A stretch of DNA of 64,000 nucleotides, taken from an uncultured Pseudomonadota bacterium (GTDB lineage: Bacteria > Oederibacteriota > Muellerivitia > Muellerivitales > Muellerivitaceae). This document shows, piece by piece, positions 19,858-28,569 of this stretch (position 1 is its first letter; every line of letters begins with the position of its first letter). Where the stretch lies: contig CAWIIP010000001.1 in the NCBI GenBank assembly GCA_963836235.1, positions 416,001-480,000 on the forward strand. Direction: 5' to 3'. The notes below the pieces were generated by a model, which saw only the letters and a list, made by a program, of their open reading frames with translations, had not been told where the DNA came from and did no database searches. The position numbers were made by a program, and so were the translations under genes.

Positions 19858-19885
19858 TGTCCACGACGGGTCCCCATCGTGGACA
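19858..19885. repeat. 28-bp palindromic repeat, copy 2
   Basis: TGTCCACGACGGGTCCCCATCGTGGACA. Confidence 0.88.
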
Positions 19886-19934
19886 ACCTTTAAAACAGAA
19901 AACCTTAATTAAGCGGTTAATAAAATCCTATTTT

Positions 19935-20563
19935 CTAAAATCGAAACTGAAGATAAAAATTAGGAACAACGATAGACGTGTTGTTGGTCGGAGAATAAGA
20001 ATCCCAGGAGTAATAGGGCGGGGAAAAGACCGCGTAACCGGGAACAGAATTGGTTCTGAGAAAGCTTTTCATGTAATCCATGGTTAAACCGACACCCAAA
20101 TTGGAAAGGATGAAATATTCGATGCCCAAGCCAACAAGTAAATCATGTTCCGTTGTGTTTGCATTTGGATAAACCCCGTTTTCGTAATAATTCACGGAAT
20201 TCGCGGACGTGGTTCCGCTGATGAAATCGTAGCCGAAATGAAGGTAGGTTTGAAACAAGTTGAACACCCGTCTTTTGCGGGTGCTGAGATTATATCTTCC
20301 TTGAAGGGTAAGCCTGAAAAAGTCGACTGAGCCTCCAAAGGATGAGTCAGAGGTATTGAAGGAGGTCCCGCGGAGACTTCCCAATGGGGATCGATCAGGT
20401 AACCGAGGGTGATCCCGGTAAGCAGTGGAAAACCGTAATCCAGCTCAATTAAGAACTGCTGTTTCCCGGATAAGTCATTTCCGCCATTGGAGTCAAAATT
20501 ACCACCTGAACAAAACCCCACCGGAATCAGTATCAATAAAAAACAAAAAATACTTTTTTTCAT
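19935..20563 (-). pseudogene. Small outer-membrane beta-barrel-like protein with one frameshift near 20368
   Basis: Signal peptide MKKSIFCFLLIL in one frame; beta-strand pattern ending FYLQFRF in another; adding one G at GCG-GG-ACC joins them. Confidence 0.65.
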
Positions 20564-20586
20564 AATCACACCTTTCTAATATCGCC

Positions 20587-20614
20587 TATTCACGACGGGG
20601 CCCCGTCACGAATA
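20587..20614. repeat. 28-bp palindromic repeat, copy 3 (compensatory changes at the ends)
   Basis: TATTCACGACGGGGCCCCGTCACGAATA. Confidence 0.8.
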
Positions 20615-20635
20615 GGTTGGTTTGATAAAAAATAT

Positions 20636-20663
20636 TGTTCCTTCAGGATCCCCGTCGTGGACA
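20636..20663. repeat. 28-bp palindromic repeat, copy 4 (left arm degenerate)
   Basis: TGTTCCTTCAGGATCCCCGTCGTGGACA. Confidence 0.75.
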
Positions 20664-20700
20664 GCGACCCCTCATCCATATCCATCATAATTTCACGGAG

Positions 20701-21105
20701 TTAACCGCCAAGCACTTCCAAAAATTCCCGCGGGCTCAACACTTTTATGCCGTGGCACTTGGAATGTGGAAAATGCTTTAGATTGCCACTGACGAGGTAG
20801 GCGTTCTCTTGTTCCCGGGCGGCCTCCAAAAAAGCCTCATCATGCGGGTCGGGCAGCCCCGCCGGCGGGAAAGGCTGGACGGAACGGATTCCCTCGCTCC
20901 GAATCCGCAAAATCAAGAAATGAACAGCTTGCGTTTCAAAACCAAACTCAGGCCTCGACAGCACTTTTTCATATTCCCCAATGATATCTTCGTTATAAAC
21001 CGGCTGAAACCCGCCTTCGTTCATGAAATCCAGCAAACGGGCGCAGGGTCCGGTTGCGGTTAAAAGGCCGGAAACCAAAACATTGGTGTCGAGCACCACC
21101 TTCAA
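20701..21105 (-). CDS. PIN-domain toxin (VapC-like)
   Basis: MKVVLDTNVLVSGLL, EY, DPHDEAFLE, SGNLKHFP. Confidence 0.92.
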   Translation of the reverse strand: MKVVLDTNVLVSGLLTATGPCARLLDFMNEGGFQPVYNEDIIGEYEKVLSRPEFGFETQAVHFLILRIRSEGIRSVQPFPPAGLPDPHDEAFLEAAREQENAYLVSGNLKHFPHSKCHGIKVLSPREFLEVLGG

Positions 21106-21389
21106 CGGCGTTCGGCCTTCCTCGTTTTGGCCACAACCGCGTCAACTTGTCCCATCTTCCATCGGTCAAGTCCCTTTGCCTTTGCCTTGGCCCTCATATG
21201 GTCAATGGCTAAACGGGCCTTCGCCTGGTGCCAGGCCTCCAAGGTTTCTTCCAATTCCAGTTCCCCAACCCGGCAAAGGAGGGCCATCGGTTTTCCGTTA
21301 TTAGTGACCACTACGTCCCCTTGTTGGTCCAATTCCTTCCAGACCATGCCCGATTTGCCTTTCAATTCCCTCACCGAAATAAATTTCAT
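21102..21389 (-). CDS. Phd/YefM-family antitoxin
   Basis: ISVRELK...VVVTNNGKPMALL; overlaps the toxin start. Confidence 0.9.
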   Translation of the reverse strand: MKFISVRELKGKSGMVWKELDQQGDVVVTNNGKPMALLCRVGELELEETLEAWHQAKARLAIDHMRAKAKAKGLDRWKMGQVDAVVAKTRKAERR

Positions 21390-21413
21390 GGCGTCTCCTT
21401 ATCGTATAACAAT

Positions 21414-21441
21414 ATGATACTCAATCGTGACACGCTTTCAA
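21414..21441 (-). promoter_or_regulatory. Candidate sigma70 promoter of the TA operon
   Basis: TTGAAA-16 nt-TATCAT on the minus strand. Confidence 0.45.
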
Positions 21442-21464
21442 GTCCATAAATTAGTGGCTGGGAT

Positions 21465-21492
21465 TGTCCACGAAGGGTCCCCGTCGTAGACA
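21465..21492. repeat. 28-bp palindromic repeat, copy 5
   Basis: TGTCCACGAAGGGTCCCCGTCGTAGACA. Confidence 0.88.
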
Positions 21493-21581
21493 CCTGTATT
21501 CCGGCGACACCGGTTAAATGCTTTTAAGTGCTACTTCTTGCCAAAGACCAATAGTTGTTGGTGAAGGATGAAGTTCCGTGA

Positions 21582-24500
21582 TTAAACCTTAGAAAGCTGC
21601 TTTGGCGGGTTGGCGGGATTGAAAGCTGGCAGCAAAGCTGTTCCTGACAGAATCTTCTCGGCTTGTTCCATGGCCTGTTCCATCTTTGGGTAACGAACCA
21701 GACGGTATCCCCTCACTTCTTCGGGCAAAGAAAGAACAGCCACCCATCGCTCGTACATCTCCGGGCTGGTATATTCAAAACGGTCTACCAGGGCCTCGTA
21801 CCAGGCCCTAAAGCCTTTTTCTCGCTTGTGCCAGGTGGGCATCAGGCGGCGGAGGAATTTCATGTGTTTCATGGTGTTCAGCATCCAATCGCGGCTGTTG
21901 AAATCGAATTCGATATTCATGCCCATTATGTCGAAATGGGGTCGGTTGAAGTGCTTGTAGATGATCTTGTCCCCGTGGGCTAAATCCACCTTGTAACGCT
22001 TGGCGTCCTTCTCGTATTTCTCGGGGCTGGTCAAGAGATGGGCCACATAGACCTCGTCCTTGATTTCCATAACCTTATGCAAATACTTCACCACCGCTTT
22101 GGTGGCTGAGAATTCGGCGGCTTTAGAATCCTTCTTCAAGGTGGCCAGCACCCGGTTCAAGTATTTTTGGGCGTAGGCGGTATTCTCGAACTCGATGAGG
22201 TCGTAGAGGCGGTTGGCGAATTGGACCCGGGTGTCCTCGTCCCCTTCCCAGGCTTTAAGGAACTCTTCGGTCATCCTGATGTAAACATCGGCGCGGCTTC
22301 CACCTAATAGCCCGGCCTTCTTTGCCATGATTTCCTGGAAACTCAAGCGCACTTCGGCGTTGTACTTTTCGGGATGGACGGCCACATCCCGGCCCAAATG
22401 GAAGGCGTCAATATTGTGCTTGGCGGCGCTGGGGTTGAAGTTGTCCTTAATGGAATCGATCATCTCGTGAAGGGTGACGGGCAAAAGGCCCCTTTGGAAG
22501 GCCACGCCCAAAAGGAGGACGTTCACGAACACCTTGTTGCCCAGGTAATGCTCGGCAATGGCGCTCATATCGGCGCCGAAATAATCCTTGGTGTATTTCT
22601 TGAAAAGCTCGGCCAGTTCGACAGGGCTGAAATCTTCCTTCCCCATCAGGCTCAGGATGGTATGGGTTTTGTGGGTGTTCACGACCGATTGGGTATATTG
22701 CTTGGAGCCCACCCGGAAATTTAGGCGGGGGTCCAGGCCCCGGGCCGCTTCCAGGATATCCAAACCCAAGAGCAGGTTTGTTTTACCTTGGGGTTGAAGG
22801 GGTGAGACCACTTTTTTCTTTTTGGAAAAGGTAATTTGGGAATTAACGCCGCCATTGCGGATGGCGATGCCCTTTTTATCGCAAAATGTGATGTGGTAGC
22901 CATGTTTTTCGGCGGCCCGGACCAGGACGGCGGTGGAACTGCCGATACCCATGCCCCCAACGCCTGATATATAAGCCCGCCAGTCTTCCTCAAATTCGGT
23001 GGGCTTGGGCATGGGAATGAGGCCGGGGTCCGGCAAGGGCAGATTTTCCTGCTTGTGGGCGCGGACGATGGTGAGTTCCTCGAAGGCTGGGCAAGCCTTG
23101 ATGCGGGTGCAGGCCATGTCGGAAACGCAATAGGACAAGTCAGTAGACATCTTGGGGCCGTAAAGGGTGTCCTCGATGGCCAAGCCGGGACAGCCGGTCA
23201 AGCGGGTGCATTCCAGGCAATATTCGCAGGTATGGTCGTTCACGTTGACGCGCTTTTGAACGGGGAAATAGCCGTTCTTGGCCTTGAACTGGCTGACTTC
23301 CCGGCGCTTGCGGCGGTGGTAGGTGATGCCGCATTCCTTGTCGGCGATAACGAATTTCACGCCCGGTTCCAAAAGCATGTCTTCCAACAGGAAGCGGTAG
23401 TCGTCCCGTTTCTCCGGGTTGACCCTGGCGATGGTGAGGTCGTTGCCTTTCGTCAAGCCCTTCAAAACCTTCTCGATATCCTGGCCGAAAGTGGGGTTGC
23501 CCATCAAATCCGACTCCATGCCGGGATGGGGCTGGTGGCCGGTCATAGCGGTGGTCTTGTTGTCCAAAATGACGTAAAGCACGTCCTGGTTGTTCTTGAT
23601 GGAATCTGAAACTTCGGAAAGCCCGGAATGAAAGAAAGTGGAATCACCAATGAAGCAGACCGACTTGTTCGTCGAGAAGGGTGAAAGCCCAGCGCCCGTG
23701 CCGCCGCCCAGGCCCATGCCGATATAGTTGTGCATCAAAGGCCCGTTAGGAGGCATGAAGAGTAGGACGTAACAGCCGGCGTCGCCGTGGAAGAGAATGT
23801 CCAGGGGACCCATCTTGTGATGTTTCTTCATGTAAGCGGGGTCTTTAAAGTCCGCCACCAATTGAAGGAAGACCGAAGAGGAATCCCGATGGGGGCAACC
23901 GGGGCAGAAGGACGGCGTGCGTTTGGGGATATTGATTTCCAGGTCGTCCAGGCTATGAATAAATTGGATTTCCTTGTTCACCTTGGGAGTCGAGAGCTCG
24001 AAATGCTTCAAGAGGGGCGCCAAGGTGGTCATGACCACCGCCGGACTAAGACCCTTGCCTTCTGAAAAGCCTTCCAGGCTGTTAGGGAAGGATTTTCCCC
24101 AGACCGTCGGCATTTCCTTGAGCTTGCCGGACTGGTAGAGGTCCATGGCGATGTTGCGGACTTGGCTTTCGATAAAGCGGCGTTTTTCCTCCACCACCAC
24201 CAGGGTCGTGGAGTATTTCAGGATTTCCTCGACCGCCTGGGGGTCGACCGGAAAGGTAAGGCCCAACTTCAAGATCGGGAATTTTCCCGACATGCCAAAT
24301 TCGGAGAGGGCCTGTTCCAAGTAGGTATAGGACGCCCCCGCGGTAATAAAGGCGAAACTCTTTTCCTTGCCCGGAAGAACCTTATTAATGCCTTTCGCCC
24401 GGGCGGATTCCAGGAGCCGGGGAAACTTGACTTCCAGCGCCTCTTTTTCCAGGGGGATGGTGTGGGGCGGCAGGACGATGGAATGGGTGACGTCGAATTT

Positions 24501-25124
24501 GGAACTATCGATGGTGACCCTATTTAAAGTCGTGGCGCCCTTTGGTGGCTGGTTGGGATGGACTTCCACGCTTCCCCCGCCCTCGGCCGTATAGGTGATG
24601 AGCAGATAGGCGATGAAGAGGTCGGCTTCTTCCGAAAGCTCAAAGGCGACCTTGACCCAATCCTTGATTTCCTGGAAGGTGGCCGGTTCTAAAACGGGGA
24701 TGAATAAATGGTCGGAGAGGCGGCGGGAATCGACCGGAACCTGGGTAGTGTCGCTCCAGGGGTCGTCGCCAATAACGATCACCCCGGCGCCTTGATGGTC
24801 TTTCTTGGCCAGGCTTCCTGCCACCAGGGCGTCGGCGGCCACGTGGAAACCCACCGATTTCATCACCGTAATGGCCCGCAGACCCGCCATTTGGGCCCCG
24901 TTGAGCCTGGCGGCCGAGAGGGCTTCGTTGTTGGCGATTTGGGCGAGAATGCCGTGTTCTTTGAGGTAGGGCGTGGCGTTGGCGGCGGCCTCAAAAACAT
25001 CCGCCACGGGGGAACCGGGATAACCGGTTAAAAGGTTCATCCCCGCTTCCAGCCCGCCTTTGAGAATCAACTCGTTGCCGGTATAGGTTTCTGTGCCCGT
25101 ATCTTTGACAAATCTTGGGTCCAT
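21582..25124 (-). CDS. Indolepyruvate:ferredoxin oxidoreductase-family protein, fused alpha/beta subunits
   Basis: GYPGSP, FCPGCPH, GDSTFFHSG TPP motif, CEYCLEC ferredoxin, GVGGMG, KDEVYVAHL. Confidence 0.88.
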   Translation of the reverse strand: MDPRFVKDTGTETYTGNELILKGGLEAGMNLLTGYPGSPVADVFEAAANATPYLKEHGILAQIANNEALSAARLNGAQMAGLRAITVMKSVGFHVAADALVAGSLAKKDHQGAGVIVIGDDPWSDTTQVPVDSRRLSDHLFIPVLEPATFQEIKDWVKVAFELSEEADLFIAYLLITYTAEGGGSVEVHPNQPPKGATTLNRVTIDSSKFDVTHSIVLPPHTIPLEKEALEVKFPRLLESARAKGINKVLPGKEKSFAFITAGASYTYLEQALSEFGMSGKFPILKLGLTFPVDPQAVEEILKYSTTLVVVEEKRRFIESQVRNIAMDLYQSGKLKEMPTVWGKSFPNSLEGFSEGKGLSPAVVMTTLAPLLKHFELSTPKVNKEIQFIHSLDDLEINIPKRTPSFCPGCPHRDSSSVFLQLVADFKDPAYMKKHHKMGPLDILFHGDAGCYVLLFMPPNGPLMHNYIGMGLGGGTGAGLSPFSTNKSVCFIGDSTFFHSGLSEVSDSIKNNQDVLYVILDNKTTAMTGHQPHPGMESDLMGNPTFGQDIEKVLKGLTKGNDLTIARVNPEKRDDYRFLLEDMLLEPGVKFVIADKECGITYHRRKRREVSQFKAKNGYFPVQKRVNVNDHTCEYCLECTRLTGCPGLAIEDTLYGPKMSTDLSYCVSDMACTRIKACPAFEELTIVRAHKQENLPLPDPGLIPMPKPTEFEEDWRAYISGVGGMGIGSSTAVLVRAAEKHGYHITFCDKKGIAIRNGGVNSQITFSKKKKVVSPLQPQGKTNLLLGLDILEAARGLDPRLNFRVGSKQYTQSVVNTHKTHTILSLMGKEDFSPVELAELFKKYTKDYFGADMSAIAEHYLGNKVFVNVLLLGVAFQRGLLPVTLHEMIDSIKDNFNPSAAKHNIDAFHLGRDVAVHPEKYNAEVRLSFQEIMAKKAGLLGGSRADVYIRMTEEFLKAWEGDEDTRVQFANRLYDLIEFENTAYAQKYLNRVLATLKKDSKAAEFSATKAVVKYLHKVMEIKDEVYVAHLLTSPEKYEKDAKRYKVDLAHGDKIIYKHFNRPHFDIMGMNIEFDFNSRDWMLNTMKHMKFLRRLMPTWHKREKGFRAWYEALVDRFEYTSPEMYERWVAVLSLPEEVRGYRLVRYPKMEQAMEQAEKILSGTALLPAFNPANPPKQLSKV

Positions 25125-25198
25125 TGGTCTATTACATTACAAGTTTAAACCGGTGATTTCAACCTTCCAAAAGACCATAAGGAAAGGACTTAGAAGTT

Positions 25199-26185
25199 TT
25201 AAATAAACAACAGTGGATCGACGGGTTTGTTGTTCCTGCGGATTTCGAAATGAAGATGGGGCCCGGTTACTCGGCCCGTGGCACCAACCCGCCCAATCAA
25301 GTTTCCGCGGCGCACCTTTTGGCCCTGCTTGGCGTAAATTTTGGAAAGATGCCCGTAGTAAGTGTGATAGGAACCAGCGCTGGCGATGATAATCAGGTTT
25401 CCGTAGCCGCCGGAAACCCCCGTGAAGGTGACCTTGCCGCCCGCCGCCGCGTAAACAGGATCGCCATATTTGGCCTTCAGGTCCACTCCGTTATGGTGGC
25501 GAATCTCGCCCGTGATGGGGTCCGTCCGAAAGCTGAAGGGGGAGTTGATCCTTCCCCAATGTCCCAAGGGGTCGCCGAAAATGCCCCGGCGGCTGAAATA
25601 ATCCTTCCACTCCTTCACCATTAGGGTCGGCTTGACACTGGGAATAAAAAGGACGTCCCCTTCCTTCAAACTGTTCCACCAGTTGATGCCGTTTTCCGCT
25701 TTGATGGTTTTCGCGTCCGTGCCGAAAGCTTCGGCAATTTTGGAGGGGTCATCCCCTTTTTGGGCGGTATAAAGAACCCCTTTGCGGGAAAGGAGGTTCA
25801 AAGGCTGTTTGATTTTGGCCTTGAAGGGCATGGTGGGGTTGGCACCGATGAGGGTGTAGATGTCAATGTTGTTGTTTTTAGCGATGGTCCAATAGTTCTC
25901 GCCCATGGCGATGGCATGGGCCAGGACCTTGACAGTTTTGGACCGGAGCTTGGCGATGTTGAAATCGTCGCTGGGGCTGGATTGCGCGATAGGGACGGGA
26001 GATTTGCGGGCCGCGATGGTTAGGGGAACGGCTTCGACCGTTGGGGTGATGAGGATGTTTTCGCTTAAAGGCTTTTGCGCGGGAACGAAGGCGTGATTGA
26101 CCGCGGCGAAAACCCCCATGAGCGCCAGGAGAATGACCGCGTCCAGAAGAAGAAATTTAAAGACCCGACGGTTGAAAAACGGCAT
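25199..26185 (-). CDS. LysM/M23 peptidase family protein
   Basis: HNGVDL, YGHL, TGPHLHFE; LysM-like repeats; N-terminal TM. Confidence 0.9.
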   Translation of the reverse strand: MPFFNRRVFKFLLLDAVILLALMGVFAAVNHAFVPAQKPLSENILITPTVEAVPLTIAARKSPVPIAQSSPSDDFNIAKLRSKTVKVLAHAIAMGENYWTIAKNNNIDIYTLIGANPTMPFKAKIKQPLNLLSRKGVLYTAQKGDDPSKIAEAFGTDAKTIKAENGINWWNSLKEGDVLFIPSVKPTLMVKEWKDYFSRRGIFGDPLGHWGRINSPFSFRTDPITGEIRHHNGVDLKAKYGDPVYAAAGGKVTFTGVSGGYGNLIIIASAGSYHTYYGHLSKIYAKQGQKVRRGNLIGRVGATGRVTGPHLHFEIRRNNKPVDPLLFI

Positions 26186-26186
26186 T

Positions 26187-28103
26187 TTAAGAGACGACTC
26201 CCAACATGTAAGGCGTTTGATCCTTTAACATTGTTTTCACGGCTTCGGCAACTTGGGCCGGTTCCAGGCCGCACATTTCCCTTTGCAACTGCGGCTTGCC
26301 ATGCTCGATAAAGCGGTCGGGAATGCCGATACATTTGACGGCGCAATCGGTGATGCCGTTTTTTTGTAGGGCTTCCAGGACGGCGCTGCCGAAGCCCCCG
26401 ATGGCCGAATTTTCCTCCAGAGTGACGAGGACCTTCGTTTTTTGGGCGATGGAAACCAGAAGTTTTTCATCCAACGGCTTCACGAAACGGAAATTCGCGA
26501 CGGCGCCTTCCAGGCCTTCCTTCTTCAGCGCCTCGCGGACCGTCTTGGCCACGCCTACCATCCGGCCTACCGCCAGCAGAGCGTAATCTTTTCCTTCTTC
26601 CAGGAGGATTCCCCTGCCGATTTCGATTTTCTTGAACCCTTCTTCCAGCTTTACCCCTTCCCCGTTCCCCCGGGGATAACGCAAAGCGATGGGACCGTTG
26701 TGCTCGACGGCGGTATAAAGCATGTTCCGCAATTCATTCTCGTCGGAAGGGGCCATGACCACCATGTTGGGGATACAGCGGAGATAGGAAAGGTCGTAGA
26801 CTCCCTGGTGCGTCTCGCCGTCTTCGCCGACCAGGCCGCCCCGGTCGAGGGCGAAAATAACGGGCAGTTTCTGCAAACAGACGTCATGGATGATCTGGTC
26901 ATAGGCCCGTTGTAAGAACGTGGAGTAAATGGCGACAACCGGTTTGATGCCTTCGCAGGCCAGGCCCGCCGCCATGCAAACCCCGTGGCCCTCCGCGATG
27001 CCGACGTCGATATAGCGGTCGGTAAAGACTTCCCCGAATTTCTTGAGCCCTGTTCCCTCGGGCATGGCCGCGGTGATGGCCACCAGCTTCGAATTATTTT
27101 TGGCCAGCTCGATCATAGCGTCCCCGAAAACTTTCGTGTAAGCGGGGGCCGCGCCGGCGGCCGGAACCGCCGTGCTCTTTCCGGTTTCCTTGTCGAATAC
27201 CGTGACACCGTGGAACTTCTCGGGGTTTTCCTCGGCCGGGCTGTAACCCTTACCCTTCCGGGTCACGACATGCAGCATGATAGGGCCCTTCAACTGCTTG
27301 ACCTTCTTGAAGATCTCCACCAGGGTCCGCAGGTCATGGCCGTCGATGGGGCCGTAATAGCGCAGGCCTAATTCTTCGAAAAGGGTCCCTGGCGTCATGA
27401 AACCCTTGAGGGCTTCCTCGGCATGGTGGGTCATTTGGAGCATTTGGTGGCCGACTTTGGGGATGCGGTCGATCAGGCGCTCCACGTGGGTTTTCGCCTC
27501 GTTGTAGGACTTGCCCGCCAGGATTTTGTTCAGGTAGGCGGTCATGGCCCCCACGCTGGGGGAAATGGACATTTCATTGTCGTTTAGGATGACCGTCATA
27601 TTCATGTTGGGGTGGTCTCCGATATTGTTGAGGGCTTCCATGGAAAGGCCGTTGGAAATGGCCGCGTCCCCGACTACCGCCACGACGTGGAAATCTTTTT
27701 TCTGGATATCACGGGCCCGGGCCATGCCATAGGCGGCGGAAAGAGCCGTGCCGGCGTGGCCGACGGCGAAGGTGTCATATTCGCTTTCGTTGCGCTTCGG
27801 AAAGCCGCAAAGGCCCTGGAATTGGCGGAGGGTCGGAAACTTTTCCCGGCGTCCGGTGATGGCTTTGTGGCCGTAAGCCTGGTGCCCTACGTCCCAAACG
27901 ATGCGGTCCTGGGGAGTGTCGTAAACGTAATGCATGGCCAGCGTCAGCTCCACCGCGCCCATGCTGGAGCCCAAATGGCCCCCGGTTTGGGCGACGGAAG
28001 TCACGAGGAAATCGCGCAATTCCTCCGCCACTTTGGGAAGGGCTTCGACCGGCAAAGCCCGCAAGTGGGCCGGGGTTTGGATTTTATCTAAATATTCGTA
28101 CAT
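26187..28103 (-). CDS. dxs: 1-deoxy-D-xylulose-5-phosphate synthase
   Basis: GGHLGSS, WDVGHQAY, DVGIAE, YSTFLQRAYDQ. Confidence 0.97.
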   Translation of the reverse strand: MYEYLDKIQTPAHLRALPVEALPKVAEELRDFLVTSVAQTGGHLGSSMGAVELTLAMHYVYDTPQDRIVWDVGHQAYGHKAITGRREKFPTLRQFQGLCGFPKRNESEYDTFAVGHAGTALSAAYGMARARDIQKKDFHVVAVVGDAAISNGLSMEALNNIGDHPNMNMTVILNDNEMSISPSVGAMTAYLNKILAGKSYNEAKTHVERLIDRIPKVGHQMLQMTHHAEEALKGFMTPGTLFEELGLRYYGPIDGHDLRTLVEIFKKVKQLKGPIMLHVVTRKGKGYSPAEENPEKFHGVTVFDKETGKSTAVPAAGAAPAYTKVFGDAMIELAKNNSKLVAITAAMPEGTGLKKFGEVFTDRYIDVGIAEGHGVCMAAGLACEGIKPVVAIYSTFLQRAYDQIIHDVCLQKLPVIFALDRGGLVGEDGETHQGVYDLSYLRCIPNMVVMAPSDENELRNMLYTAVEHNGPIALRYPRGNGEGVKLEEGFKKIEIGRGILLEEGKDYALLAVGRMVGVAKTVREALKKEGLEGAVANFRFVKPLDEKLLVSIAQKTKVLVTLEENSAIGGFGSAVLEALQKNGITDCAVKCIGIPDRFIEHGKPQLQREMCGLEPAQVAEAVKTMLKDQTPYMLGVVS

Positions 28104-28111
28104 TCCATTTC

Positions 28112-28567
28112 CTATCGCATCCATTGGTACATCAACAAAACCACCCCGATACCGAGGAGGGCACCCGCGAACACCTGGACCGGAGTATGGCCCAACAGTT
28201 CTTTCAGCTTTTTTTCAGCGACGGGCCTGGAACTGTACAGGTCGTCCACGATTTCATTGAGGATTTTGGCTTGCTGGCCTGCCGCCCGGCGGACACCCGC
28301 CGCATCCGACATAATGATCAAAGCCATTCCCACCGATAAAAGGAAAATCGGCGAGTCCCAGCCGCTTTCCAGTCCGATGGCGGTGGCAAGGGAACAAACA
28401 AAAGCCGAATGGGAACTGGGCATGCCTCCCGTACCGACGAACAAACGAAAGTTGATTTTATGGTTGCGAATCCAGTAAATCAACACCTTTAGGCCCTGGG
28501 CGAGGATCCAGGCTACGGTTGTCACATATAAAATCTTGATACTTCCCTTTTCATCCAAGGGTTTCAT
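28112..28567 (-). CDS. Divergent PAP2 family protein (DUF212)
   Basis: GGMPSSHS, DAAGVRRAAG, ELLGHTP. Confidence 0.92.
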   Translation of the reverse strand: MKPLDEKGSIKILYVTTVAWILAQGLKVLIYWIRNHKINFRLFVGTGGMPSSHSAFVCSLATAIGLESGWDSPIFLLSVGMALIIMSDAAGVRRAAGQQAKILNEIVDDLYSSRPVAEKKLKELLGHTPVQVFAGALLGIGVVLLMYQWMR

Positions 28568-28569
28568 GG

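Noticed and set aside
16902-21492. Calling the 28-bp repeats a CRISPR array or integron attC sites
   Set aside because: Spacings range from 21 bp to about 2.9 kb, copies are divergent, there are no attC core motifs and no intI; reported as unclassified repeats instead.
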